Assembly (NCBI GenBank): GCA_035540755.1
Contig: DATLGD010000164.1
Coordinates: 12 to 64,011, forward strand
Origin: Mycobacteriales bacterium
GTDB taxonomy: Bacteria > Actinomycetota > Actinomycetes > Mycobacteriales > SCTD01
Length of the DNA: 64,000 bases
Direction: 5' to 3'
Below the pieces are notes generated by a model. The model saw only the letters and a program-made list of their open reading frames with translations. It was not told the DNA's origin and searched no databases. Numbering within the stretch: position 1 is the first letter of the stretch; each line of letters starts with the position of its first letter. The translations under genes and the position numbers were made by a program. Below are positions 20,623 to 30,267 of the stretch, piece by piece.

Positions 20623-21841
20623 CGAGCACCTCCTCCACGAGGTCGTCGTCGAGGCCGAGGGCCGACAGCACCTCGGCGGTGTGCTGCCCGAGCAGCGGCG
20701 GCGCCCGGCGGACCCGGGGACGGACGCCGTCGAGCCGCATCGGTGACCCGACCACGCGCACGTCACCGGCGGGGTGCGCGACGCGCTGCACCAGCCCGGT
20801 GGCCACCACCTGCGGGTCGTCCTGCACCGCGGCGAGGTCCTGCACCGGCGCGCACGGCACGCCGGCGGCAGCGAGCAGCGGGACCCACTCGCGCGAAGTC
20901 CGCCGCCCCAGGGCCGCAGCCAGCGCGCGCGACAGCGCGGCGCGGTCGGCCACCCGGCCGGCGTTGGTCGCCCACTCGGGCCGGGGGGCCAGCGAGACCG
21001 CCCGGCACAGCGCGGCGAACTGCGCGTCGTTGCCGGCGCCGAGGACGAGGTCGGTGTCGGCGCACGGCACCGGCCCGTAGGGCGCGATGTTGGGGTGGTC
21101 GTTGCCGGTCGGTCCGGGGACGACGCCGCCGACCAGCGCGTTCGAGGCCTGGTTCACCAGCATCGACACCGCCGCCTCGAGCAGGCCGACCTCGACGCGC
21201 AGCCCAGGGCCGGGCCCCCTCCCCCGCGCGGCGAGGCCGGCGACGGCCCCGACGGCGGCGTAGAGGCCGCTGACGACGTCGGCGACCGCCACCCCCACCT
21301 TCGTCGGGCGGTCGGTTCCCGTGACGCTCATCAGCCCGCTGCGCGCCTGCGCCATGACGTCGTAGCCCGGCAGCTCGCTGTCGGGGCCGTCGCCGCCGGC
21401 GCCGCGCACCGAGACCCACACGGCCTCGCTGCGGCCGCGCAGCTCCTCGAGCCCGAGCGCGCGCAGGTGCCGCGGCAGGAAGTTCTCGACGACGACGTCG
21501 GCTCCCTCGACCAGGCTCGCCACGACAGCGCGCCCGGCGTCGGTCGTGAGGTCCAGCGCGACCGAGCGACGGTCCCGGTTGACGGCGAAGAAGTACGCGG
21601 CGTCGTCGCCGTGGAACGGCGGACCCCAATGCCGGGTGTCGTCACCGAGCCCCGGCCGCTCGACCTTGAGCACGTCGGCGCCGAGGTCGGCGAGCACCGT
21701 GCAGCAGAACGGACCGGCCAGCACGCGGGACAGGTCGAGGACGCGGACCCCGACGAGCGGCCCCTCCGGCGCCCCGGCGTCGTCCCGCAGCTCGGGCCAG
21801 CCCGGTCCGGCGGCGAGGGCGGCGGTGAGGGCGGAGGGCAC
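20606..21841 (-). CDS. CaiB/BaiF family III CoA-transferase
   Basis: 411 aa with GVRVLDLSRVLAGPFCCTVLADLGADVLKVERPG.GDDTR and, later, VENFLP. Confidence 0.9.
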   Translation of the reverse strand: MPSALTAALAAGPGWPELRDDAGAPEGPLVGVRVLDLSRVLAGPFCCTVLADLGADVLKVERPGLGDDTRHWGPPFHGDDAAYFFAVNRDRRSVALDLTTDAGRAVVASLVEGADVVVENFLPRHLRALGLEELRGRSEAVWVSVRGAGGDGPDSELPGYDVMAQARSGLMSVTGTDRPTKVGVAVADVVSGLYAAVGAVAGLAARGRGPGPGLRVEVGLLEAAVSMLVNQASNALVGGVVPGPTGNDHPNIAPYGPVPCADTDLVLGAGNDAQFAALCRAVSLAPRPEWATNAGRVADRAALSRALAAALGRRTSREWVPLLAAAGVPCAPVQDLAAVQDDPQVVATGLVQRVAHPAGDVRVVGSPMRLDGVRPRVRRAPPLLGQHTAEVLSALGLDDDLVEEVLGAHRR

Positions 21842-21952
21842 GACACGCGATCGTAGTGACCTTCGTCATGACATCGCGTGTGCGTCGGAGTAGAACGGGG
21901 CAGTTCCGGTCCGCCCCACACCGTCGTGGGGTGGAGCAGAGGTGGAGGGCGC

Positions 21953-23221
21953 ATGCGCTCGAGCACAGGGATCCTGGCGGCCGCACTCGTGCTGGCACCG
22001 CTGGCCGGGTGCGGTGGCGGCGAGGAGGTCGGCGCGGGCGGCGCTCCCGTCGTCAACTGGTACGTCGGCAACGAGTCGTGGCTGCCGGACGTCATCGAGG
22101 CCTGCAACGGCCAGGCCGACGGCGCCTTCGAGCTGCGCGCCGCGAGCCTGCCGACCAACCCCGACCAGCAGCGCGAGCAGCTGGTGCGCCGCCTCGCGGC
22201 GCGCGACTCCGCCATCGACCTGATCGGCATGGACGTCGTCTGGACCGGTGAGTTCAGCCAGGCCGGCTGGATCCAGCCGTTCGAGGAGGGCGAGCTCGCG
22301 AACGTCGGCAGCGAGGAGCAGGTGCTCGCCGGGCCGTACGAGAGCGCCCTCTACGACGGGCGGCAGTTCGGAGCGCCGCTGAACAGCAACACGCGGCTGC
22401 TCTGGTACCGCAAGTCCGTGCTCGGTGACACCCCTGTGCCTGAGACCTGGGACGAGCTCCTCGACACCGCCGACCAGCTCGGCACGCGGATCCAGGAGAC
22501 CGGCCGCCGCGCAGAGAGCCTGATGGTGTTCTTCAACGCCCTGGTCGAGAGCGCCGGCACCTCCATCGTCGAGACCGAGGACGGCGAGGCCCGGATCGGG
22601 CTGGAGAAGGAGCCCACTGTCCAAGCGCTCGAGATCATGGGCCGCTACGCGCAGTCCAGCGCCGCGCCCACGGCGCTGTCCACGTCCGGCGAGGACGACA
22701 ACCGGCTGGCCTTCCAGTCCGCCGACAGCGACAGCGCCTTCATGATCAACTGGCCGTACGTCTTCCCGAGCGTGCTCGAGGCCGATCCGGCCCTGGCCGA
22801 GGACTACGGCGTCGCGCCCTACCCGTCGGTCGAGAAGGGCACGCCGCCCGCAGCGCCGCTCGGCGGCTACAACCTCGGCATCTCCACCTACACCGAGAAC
22901 CGCGACGCGGCGCTGGCGGCCATCAACTGCCTGACCGAGCCCGAGCAGCAACGCACCATCAGCACCGTCGGCGGACAGCCCTCGGTGCTCCGCGAGCTCG
23001 CCGAGGACCCCGCCATCACCGAGGTCCTGCCGTTCCTGCCGATCATGACCGAGCAGCTCGAGAACGCCGCGCCGCGTCCGGTCACCCCGGCCTACAACGA
23101 CCTGTCCCTGGCGGTGCGGCAGGTCCTCCACCCGATGCGCGCGATCGACGACCCGGAGGCGACCTACGAGGAGCTCCGGAACCTGCTCGAGCGCGCTCTC
23201 AACAGCCAGGCGGTGCTCTGA
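21953..23221 (+). CDS. lpqY: ABC-transporter solute-binding lipoprotein (LpqY-like, probable trehalose/disaccharide binding)
   Basis: Signal peptide with a lipobox (ILAAALVLAPLAGCGG) and a family-1 sugar-binding protein. It is the first gene of a four-gene SBP, permease, permease, ATPase unit matching lpqY-sugABC. The substrate is inferred. Confidence 0.75.
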   Translation: MRSSTGILAAALVLAPLAGCGGGEEVGAGGAPVVNWYVGNESWLPDVIEACNGQADGAFELRAASLPTNPDQQREQLVRRLAARDSAIDLIGMDVVWTGEFSQAGWIQPFEEGELANVGSEEQVLAGPYESALYDGRQFGAPLNSNTRLLWYRKSVLGDTPVPETWDELLDTADQLGTRIQETGRRAESLMVFFNALVESAGTSIVETEDGEARIGLEKEPTVQALEIMGRYAQSSAAPTALSTSGEDDNRLAFQSADSDSAFMINWPYVFPSVLEADPALAEDYGVAPYPSVEKGTPPAAPLGGYNLGISTYTENRDAALAAINCLTEPEQQRTISTVGGQPSVLRELAEDPAITEVLPFLPIMTEQLENAAPRPVTPAYNDLSLAVRQVLHPMRAIDDPEATYEELRNLLERALNSQAVL

Positions 23222-23222
23222 C

Positions 23223-24164
23223 ATGGCGACGACGACACCCGGCCGCGCCCGACCGACGCAGCCCGGGCCCGATGGTGGGAACGGGAAGGGCAAGCCGGCG
23301 ATGACGGACCGGGCGCGGGCCGAGCGCGCCCTCGGGCTGAAGCTGGCGGCGCCGGCAGCGATCATCATGCTGCTGGTCACCGCGTACCCGATCCTCTACG
23401 CGTTCTACCTGAGCCTGTTCCGCTACGACCTGCGCACGCCCGAGATGAACGAGTTCGTCGGCCTGTCGAACTACGCGCTGATCCTCACCAGCGGCGTGTG
23501 GTGGCAGTCGGTGCTCGCCACGACGATCATCACGGTCGTCTCCGTGGCCCTCGAGCTCGTCATCGGGCTCGCCTTCGCCCTGGTGATGCACCGGGCGATC
23601 TTCGGCCGGCGCACGGTGCGCACCTCGATCCTCATCCCCTACGGGATCATCACCGTCATCGCGGCGTTCGCCTTCCGGTTCGCGGTCTCCCCCGACACCG
23701 GGTTCCTCCCCGGCGACCTGAACCCGCTCGGCAACAGCATCGGGTCGTTCGCCACGATCATCATCACCGAGGTCTGGAAGACCACGCCGTTCATGAGCCT
23801 GCTGCTCCTGGCTGGTCTGGCCACCGTGCCCGAGGAGATGCAGGAGGCGGCCAAGGTCGACGGGGCCACCGCCTGGCAGCGGCTGTGGAAGGTGACGCTG
23901 CCGAACATGAAGGCCGCGATCCTCGTCGCGCTGCTGTTCCGCACGCTGGACGCCTTCCGCATCTTCGACACCGTCTTCGTGCAGACCGCGGGAGCGAACA
24001 ACACCCAGACCATCAGCGGGGTCGGCTACAACACGCTGGTCAGCCGGGTGAACCTCGGCCTGGGCTCAGCGGTGTCGATGCTGCTCTTCCTGATGATCAT
24101 CCTCATCGCCTTCCTGTTCGTGAAGGGCTTCAAGACCAACCTCGGGACGGTGAAGGGCAAGTGA
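23223..24164 (+). CDS. sugA: ABC sugar transporter permease (SugA-like)
   Basis: Strong resemblance to the remembered Mtb SugA: [41 protein letters not shown]...[23 protein letters not shown]. The start could instead be the internal ATG at about 23301. Confidence 0.85.
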   Translation: MATTTPGRARPTQPGPDGGNGKGKPAMTDRARAERALGLKLAAPAAIIMLLVTAYPILYAFYLSLFRYDLRTPEMNEFVGLSNYALILTSGVWWQSVLATTIITVVSVALELVIGLAFALVMHRAIFGRRTVRTSILIPYGIITVIAAFAFRFAVSPDTGFLPGDLNPLGNSIGSFATIIITEVWKTTPFMSLLLLAGLATVPEEMQEAAKVDGATAWQRLWKVTLPNMKAAILVALLFRTLDAFRIFDTVFVQTAGANNTQTISGVGYNTLVSRVNLGLGSAVSMLLFLMIILIAFLFVKGFKTNLGTVKGK

Positions 24165-24219
24165 CCGCGTCGACGACCCCCCACGCTGCGCGCACCGCCG
24201 CCGGGCAGGGAGGCACCCC

Positions 24220-25140
24220 ATGAGCGTCGGGACCACCCTCGGCGGCGAGAAGACCGGGGCCGAGCGCCGTCGGCCGGGCGGGAAGAACAGGGACGACAGG
24301 CCCGCGGCCGACGCCAGCCGCACCAAGGGGCAGACCCTGTGGATCGTCGGGACGATCGTCATCGTCGCGTACGCCATGTTCCCGGTGCTGTGGATCGCGT
24401 CGCTGAGCTTCAAGCCGGCGGCCGACGTCGGCGACGGCCGGCTGATCCCGCAGACCTTCTCGCTGGACAACTACCGCGACATCTTCACCAGCGGCGAGTT
24501 CGTCCGGCCGCTCATCAACTCCATCGGCATCTCGCTCATCACGACCCTGATCGCGGTCGTGGTGGCCGCGTTCGCCGCCTACGCCATCGCCCGCCTGGAG
24601 TTCCCCGGCAAGACGATCCTGCTGTCGGGAGCCCTGGCCATCGCGATGTTCCCGCCGGTGTCGATCATCGGCCCGCTGTTCAACATCTGGCGCACGATCG
24701 GCCTGTACGACACCTGGCCCGGGCTGATCCTGCCGTACATGACCTTCGCCCTGCCGCTGGCGATCTGGACGCTGACGGCGTTCTTCCGGGAGATCCCCTA
24801 CGACCTCGAGGAGGCCGCGCAGGTCGACGGGGCCACGCCGTTCCAGGCGTTCCGGCAGGTCATCATGCCGCTGGCGCTGCCGGGCATCTTCACCGCCGCG
24901 ATCATCGTGTTCATCTTCTGCTGGAACGACTTCCTGTTCGCCATCTCGCTGACGTCGACCGACAACGCGCGCACCGTCCCGGCGGCCACCGCGTTCTTCA
25001 CGGCGAGCAGCAACTTCATCAACCCGACGGGGCAGATCGCCGCTGCCGCCATCGTCGTGACCGTCCCGATCATCATCATGGTGCTGGTCTTCCAGCGCCG
25101 CATCGTTGCCGGCCTCACCGCCGGCGCAGTGAAGGGCTGA
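24220..25140 (+). CDS. sugB: ABC sugar transporter permease (SugB-like)
   Basis: 306 aa with six predicted TM segments and the EAA loop ([27 protein letters not shown]). Confidence 0.88.
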   Translation: MSVGTTLGGEKTGAERRRPGGKNRDDRPAADASRTKGQTLWIVGTIVIVAYAMFPVLWIASLSFKPAADVGDGRLIPQTFSLDNYRDIFTSGEFVRPLINSIGISLITTLIAVVVAAFAAYAIARLEFPGKTILLSGALAIAMFPPVSIIGPLFNIWRTIGLYDTWPGLILPYMTFALPLAIWTLTAFFREIPYDLEEAAQVDGATPFQAFRQVIMPLALPGIFTAAIIVFIFCWNDFLFAISLTSTDNARTVPAATAFFTASSNFINPTGQIAAAAIVVTVPIIIMVLVFQRRIVAGLTAGAVKG

Positions 25141-25143
25141 CCC

Positions 25144-26349
25144 GTGGCTGAGATCTCCATGCGAGGCATCACCAAGCGCTACCCCGACGGGACGGCAGCG
25201 GTGAACGACGTCGACCTCGACATCGCCGACGGCGAGTTCGTCATCCTCGTCGGGCCCTCCGGCTGCGGGAAGTCGACGCTGCTGCGGATGATCGTCGGCC
25301 TCGAGGACATCAGCGAGGGCGAGATGCGCATCGGCGGCGAGGTGGTCAACGGCAAGGCCGCCAAGGACCGCAACCTGGCGATGGTGTTCCAGAACTACGC
25401 CCTGTACCCGCACCTGTCGGTGCGGGAGAACATGGCGTTCCCGCTGCGACTGGCCAAGGTCCCGGACGACGAGGTCAACCGTCGCGTCGAGGAGGCCGCG
25501 GCGGTCCTCGAGCTCACCGAGAACCTGGACCGGAAGCCGGCGAACCTGTCCGGTGGGCAGCGCCAGCGCGTCGCGATGGGGCGCGCGATCGTGCGCGACC
25601 CGAACGCCTTCCTGTTCGACGAGCCCCTGTCGAACCTCGACGCGAAGCTGCGCGTGCAGATGCGCACCGAGATCGCCCGGGTGCAGAAGAAGTACGGCAC
25701 CACCACCGTCTACGTCACCCACGACCAGACCGAGGCCATGACGCTCGGCGACCGGGTGGCGGTGCTCAAGAAGGGCGTCGTGCAGCAGGTCGACTCACCG
25801 CGGGAGCTGTACAACAACCCGGCCAACCTGTTCGTCGCCGGCTTCATCGGCTCACCGGCGATGAACCTGGTGCCGGCCACGCTCAAGGGCCGCTCGCTGA
25901 CACTGCCGTTCGGCACGTTCGACCTGCCCGACGAGCTGGCCTCGCTGCTCCCCCGCGGCGAAGGGGAGCGCCAGGTCATCGCCGGCGTGCGCCCCGAGCA
26001 CTTCGAGGACGCCTCGCTCGTGGCGGAGGCCGACCGTGGCAACGGCGGGGTCTTCCGCAGCCGGGTCGACGTCATCGAGTGGATGGGCTCGGAGCTCTAC
26101 GCCTACCTGCCGTACACCGCCACCGGCGACATGGCCAGCAAGCTCGACGCGCTCGCCGCCGACCTCGACATGGAGCAGCTGTCGACCGACGAGAGCCAGC
26201 TGGTGACCCGCCTCGACGCGCAGAGCCAGGTCAGCGCCGCCGGCGAGGCCGAGATCTGGGTCGACCTGCGCCGCCTGCACCTGTTCGACCCCGAGACCGG
26301 CGAGGCGCTCGCCCGCCGTCCGGCCGGCTCGGGAGCGGCCGCCGGCTGA
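25144..26349 (+). CDS. sugC: ABC sugar transporter ATP-binding protein (SugC/MsiK/MalK-like)
   Basis: Walker A (GPSGCGKST), Q-loop, signature (LSGGQRQRVAMGRA), Walker B (FLFDEPLSNLD) and a MalK-type C-terminal regulatory domain. Confidence 0.92.
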   Translation: MAEISMRGITKRYPDGTAAVNDVDLDIADGEFVILVGPSGCGKSTLLRMIVGLEDISEGEMRIGGEVVNGKAAKDRNLAMVFQNYALYPHLSVRENMAFPLRLAKVPDDEVNRRVEEAAAVLELTENLDRKPANLSGGQRQRVAMGRAIVRDPNAFLFDEPLSNLDAKLRVQMRTEIARVQKKYGTTTVYVTHDQTEAMTLGDRVAVLKKGVVQQVDSPRELYNNPANLFVAGFIGSPAMNLVPATLKGRSLTLPFGTFDLPDELASLLPRGEGERQVIAGVRPEHFEDASLVAEADRGNGGVFRSRVDVIEWMGSELYAYLPYTATGDMASKLDALAADLDMEQLSTDESQLVTRLDAQSQVSAAGEAEIWVDLRRLHLFDPETGEALARRPAGSGAAAG

Positions 26350-26356
26350 CGGGCGG

Positions 26357-27202
26357 TCACTTTCCGGCACGGAGGCGGAGCCGCTCCAGCACGTCGTCGT
26401 CCCAGCGGTGCGTGCGCAGCACGTGGTACCGCTCCCTGGCCAGCTGCAGGTAGACCTGCGCGTCGAGCGCGCCGTCGCCGGGGTGGAGTCCCGCCTCGCG
26501 CAGCAGTGACAGCACCGGCTCGTACTCCTCGGTGAACCAGGCGAGGGCGACGGCGGTGCGGTCGGCGTGCCGCCCCTGCTCCTGCATCCAGCGGAAGCCC
26601 CATGCCTCGACGCCCTCGGCGAGCTGGGCCCAGTCGTCGGGGGCGTGCAGCCGGACCCGGTCACGCAGGGCGGCCGGCAGCGGGACCCGCTCGCGGAACA
26701 GCCGCTCGTGCCCCTTCAGCGGCAGGTCGGCCAGCTTCAGGTCGGCGCCGGCCCCCAGAGCCGTCCGGACGAGCGTGACCCGGGCCGACACCAGCTCGCG
26801 GCCGAGGGCACGCAGCACCGCGACCCGGTGGTGCCCGTCGCGGACGAAGTGCACCTCGCCCACCCGGTAGAGGTCGACGGGCGGAAGGTCCTCGCCGCGC
26901 CGGACGGCGTTCGCGAGCCGCTCGAAGCGACGGCGGGAGATCTCGCTGGTCGGCCGGAACCGGCGGTCGAAGCCGGTGCGGCGGTCGACCGACCCGACGA
27001 TGCTGTCGAGGTCCACCTGCTGCAGCCCCAGGTTCTGCTCCCCCCGGTGGCCCAGTGCTCCCACCACCTCGTCGAAGGGCAGCAGCACGTCGACGTCACC
27101 GGCGCGCATGCGCAGCCTGGCCGCCATGCGGGACAGCACGGCGTTGCGCCGTGCCCGCGCGAAGTCGTCGCGGGAGTCAGCACTCGGGAACCCGGTGTCC
27201 AC
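26357..27202 (-). CDS. ParB/sulfiredoxin-fold (ParB N-terminal-like) domain protein
   Basis: 281 aa. A central ParB/Srx-like segment (LPPVDLYRVGEVHFVRDGHHRVAVLRALG) is followed by a helical C-terminal half of unknown function. No parA or HTH partner is nearby. Confidence 0.55.
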   Translation of the reverse strand: MDTGFPSADSRDDFARARRNAVLSRMAARLRMRAGDVDVLLPFDEVVGALGHRGEQNLGLQQVDLDSIVGSVDRRTGFDRRFRPTSEISRRRFERLANAVRRGEDLPPVDLYRVGEVHFVRDGHHRVAVLRALGRELVSARVTLVRTALGAGADLKLADLPLKGHERLFRERVPLPAALRDRVRLHAPDDWAQLAEGVEAWGFRWMQEQGRHADRTAVALAWFTEEYEPVLSLLREAGLHPGDGALDAQVYLQLARERYHVLRTHRWDDDVLERLRLRAGK

Positions 27203-27271
27203 GTCGCATCACTCCCCCACGGACGACCGTGCACGCCCGGCGCACGGCAGACGACGCCCTACCTTGTCACC

Positions 27272-27679
27272 GTGGCCTTCGACCCCGCCGCCCTGCCCGA
27301 CGCGGTGCGCTCCTTCCTCGAGGAGCGGCACCTCGCGACGCTGACCACGCTGCGGCCGGACGGCACACCGCACGTCGTCGCCGTCGGGTTCACGTGGGAC
27401 GACGAGGCGGGGCTCGCGCGGACCATCACGAACGGGTTCTCGACGAAGGCCCGCAACGTCGTGGCCGGCTCGCCCCGAGCCGTCGTGGCCCAGATCGAGG
27501 GTCGACGCTGGCTGTCGCTGGAGGGCGTGCCCGCCGTCAGCGCCGACCCGGAGCGGGTCGCTGAAGCCGTGCGTCGCTACGCGCTGCGCTACCGCCAGCC
27601 GTCGGAGAACCCGCAGCGCGTCGTCGTCGAGATCGCGGTCGACCGGGTGCTCGGGAGCGCCGGCCTCGCGGACGGCTGA
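27272..27679 (+). CDS. PPOX-class (PNPOx-like) probable F420-dependent protein
   Basis: 135 aa from a GTG start: FLEERHLATLTTLRPDGTPHVVAVGFTWD......R.ITNG.S.KARNV....RAVV. Confidence 0.7.
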   Translation: MAFDPAALPDAVRSFLEERHLATLTTLRPDGTPHVVAVGFTWDDEAGLARTITNGFSTKARNVVAGSPRAVVAQIEGRRWLSLEGVPAVSADPERVAEAVRRYALRYRQPSENPQRVVVEIAVDRVLGSAGLADG

Positions 27680-27714
27680 CCGGACAGGCGTCGGCGCGGT
27701 CGCGTCGCTGCTGC

Positions 27715-28173
27715 TCAGCCGCGGGGCGGCGCGGTCCGGTCCTGCCACGGCGTGCTGAGGACGACGGTCGTGCGCGTGGAGACGCCGGCGGCAGCGCGGA
27801 TGTCCTGCAGCAGCACCTCGAGCTCGGCCGGTCCGCCGACGCGCACCTGCAGGATGTAGCTCTCCTCGCCCGCGACGCTGTGGCAGGCCTCGACCGCGTC
27901 GAGGTCCCGCAGCCGCTCCGGGGCGTCGTCGGGGGCGGCCGGGTCGATGGGCTTGACGGACACGAACGCGGCCAGCGGCAGCCCGATCGCGTCCGGGCTG
28001 ATCTGCGCGCGGTAGCCGGTGATGACGCCGCGCGACTCGAGCCGACGCACCCGCTGGTGGGCGGCGCTGGTCGACAGCCCGGTCTCGCGGGCGAGGTCGG
28101 CGTAGCTGCGACGTCCGTCGGACAGCAGCAGCGCCAGCAGCTGCCGGTCGACCGCGTCGAGGTCGACGGTCAC
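27715..28173 (-). CDS. Lrp/AsnC-family transcriptional regulator
   Basis: 152 aa: DAVDRQLLALLLSDGRRSYADLARETGLSTSAAHQRVRRLESRGVITGY plus an ACT-like C-terminal domain. A GTGA overlap joins it to the upstream acyl-CoA dehydrogenase stop. Confidence 0.88.
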   Translation of the reverse strand: MTVDLDAVDRQLLALLLSDGRRSYADLARETGLSTSAAHQRVRRLESRGVITGYRAQISPDAIGLPLAAFVSVKPIDPAAPDDAPERLRDLDAVEACHSVAGEESYILQVRVGGPAELEVLLQDIRAAAGVSTRTTVVLSTPWQDRTAPPRG

Positions 28174-29318
28174 GGTCCGGTGAGGGAGCGGCCGATGACC
28201 AGCCGCTGCACCTGGTTGGTGCCTTCGACGATCTGCAGGATCTTGGCCTCGCGCAGGTAGCGCTCGGCCGGGAAGTCCTCGACGTAGCCGTAGCCGCCCA
28301 GCACCTGGACGGCGTCGGTGGCCACGCGCATGCCGGTGTCGGTGGCGAACAGCTTGGCCATCGCCGCCTGCGGCCCGTACGGCTGCCCGGCGTCGCGTCG
28401 GCGGGCAGCGGCCAGGTACAGCGACCGGGCGGCCTCGACCTGCGTCGCCATGTCGGCCAGCAGGAAGGACAGCCCCTGGAAGTCGGCGATGCGCCGACCG
28501 AACTGGGTGCGCTCCTTCGCGTAGTCGACGGCGAGGTCGAGCGCCGACTGGGCCAGACCGACCGCGCATGCGGCGATGCCGAGCCGCCCGCCGTCGAGGG
28601 CGCTCATGGCGATCCGGAAGCCGATGCCCTCCTCCCCCAGCAGCCGGTCCGCGGGAACGCGCGCGCCGTCGAGCCGGATGCTGGCCGTGGTGCTCGACCG
28701 CATGCCGGTCTTGCGCTCAGGCGCCGCCGCGGACAGCCCCGGCGTCGCCGCCGGGGCGAGCAGGCACGAGATCCCCTTCGGCCCGGGCCCGCCGGTGCGC
28801 ACCATGAGGTTGTAGAAGTCGGCCTCGCCGCCGTGCGTCACCCACGCCTTCGTCCCGTCGACGACGAACTCCTCGCCGTCACGCACCGCTCTGGTGGTGA
28901 GCGCTGCTGCATCGGAGCCGCTGCTCGGCTCGGACAGGCAGTACGCCCCCAGCAGCTCCCCGCCGAGCATGTCGGGCAGCCACTGCTCTCGCTGGCGGGT
29001 GCTGCCGAAGGCGGCCAGCGGGAAGCAGGACAGCGTGTGGACGCTGACACCGAGGCCCACGGCCAGCCAGCCGCGACTGAGCTCCTCGAGGACCTGCAGG
29101 TACACCTCGTAGGGCTGTGCGCCGCCGCCGTGCTCCTCGGGGTACGGCAGGCCGAGCAGGCCTGCCTTGCCGAGGGTCCGGAAGACCTCCCTGGGGAACT
29201 CCGACCGCTGCTCGAACGCCGCGGCACGCGGAGCCAGCTCCGCGTCGACCAGGTCGCGGGTGAGCTCCAGCAGGGCCTCGGCCTCGGGCGTCGGCAGGCT
29301 CCGGACGACGGACGGCAT
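28170..29318 (-). CDS. Acyl-CoA dehydrogenase (short/medium-chain type)
   Basis: About 382 aa from the ATG at 29318: GLLGLPYPEEHGG, GAYCLSEPSSGSDAAAL, DGTKAWVTHGG, QVLGGYGYVEDFPAERYLREAKILQIVEGTNQVQR. Confidence 0.9.
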   Translation of the reverse strand: MPSVVRSLPTPEAEALLELTRDLVDAELAPRAAAFEQRSEFPREVFRTLGKAGLLGLPYPEEHGGGAQPYEVYLQVLEELSRGWLAVGLGVSVHTLSCFPLAAFGSTRQREQWLPDMLGGELLGAYCLSEPSSGSDAAALTTRAVRDGEEFVVDGTKAWVTHGGEADFYNLMVRTGGPGPKGISCLLAPAATPGLSAAAPERKTGMRSSTTASIRLDGARVPADRLLGEEGIGFRIAMSALDGGRLGIAACAVGLAQSALDLAVDYAKERTQFGRRIADFQGLSFLLADMATQVEAARSLYLAAARRRDAGQPYGPQAAMAKLFATDTGMRVATDAVQVLGGYGYVEDFPAERYLREAKILQIVEGTNQVQRLVIGRSLTGP

Positions 29319-29518
29319 GCGGCACCCTCTCCACGGCGTGTGCGGACCGCCCACGCTATCGCCCACCACCGCGGCCTGCTCCTCACCGACGCTGCGCAAC
29401 TGCCCCGGCCCGGCGGGGCAGCTGCGCAGCCGCGGACGGCCGACGCCGCTTCCGACGCCTAGGCACAGCGCGGCCTCGCGCCGGATGCGCGGACGGCGAA
29501 CGGTGCACGGTCGGCACC

Positions 29519-29770
29519 ATGGACCCCGCTCACCTGCTCCGGACGGCCCGGCGCCAGGCCGGGCTCAGCCAGCGCCAGATGGCGGCGCGCTCCGGGGTCG
29601 CGGCCTCCACCGTCGCCGACGTGGAGCGGGGTGCGGTCCGCCCGTCCCTGCAGGTGCTCGACCGGTTGCTCGACGCGGCCGGTCTCGAGGTGACCCTCGA
29701 CCGCCGCCTTCCCGCGCCCTGCCCGCACCTCGTGCGCTACCTCCGGCTGCCGCTGGCGACCCGGCTCTAA
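29519..29770 (+). CDS. XRE-family helix-turn-helix protein, possibly the 5' fragment of a disrupted longer gene
   Basis: LLRTARRQAGLSQRQMAARSGVAASTVADVERGAVRPSLQVLDRLLDAAGLEV. The ORF ends at a TAA (29768-29770), after which the coding-like frame continues; see findings. Confidence 0.6.
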   Translation: MDPAHLLRTARRQAGLSQRQMAARSGVAASTVADVERGAVRPSLQVLDRLLDAAGLEVTLDRRLPAPCPHLVRYLRLPLATRL

Positions 29771-30267
29771 CTGACGTTCGGCGGCCGGACGGGGAGCCCC
29801 GGCGTCGACCGGTCCGTCCCGGCATGGACCAGCCTGTGGACGATGTCGACATGGGGGCGCGTCGACCTGGTGGAGGGGCTCGCGCTCGGCGTGTGGTGCC
29901 CGCAGCCGACGGTCGGCCCGCGGGTGGTGGTCCGGCCGCGGCGCCACGCGGGCGAGCGACCCCACCCGGGACTCGAGGTGGTGGTCGGGACCGGAGCGCC
30001 GCCGGTGGGCACCGTGCCGGTGGCGCTCGGCAGTCAGGCTGTGCACGTCCTGCCGCCGGAGGCGCTCGCTCTCGGGCACGTGACGCCGGGCGAGCGGCTC
30101 ATGCTGCGGGCGGCCGCGTCGGCGCTGCACGCGAGGTCCGGCACTGCCGTTGCCCGAGCGGCACGCCGGGCGGGGCTGGCAGCTGGAGGGGCCGGGCAGC
30201 CTCGCCCAGTGGCTGCGGGACCACGGCTACCCCACCTGAGCGCCGGACGGTGCGGCAGAGTGAGGAC

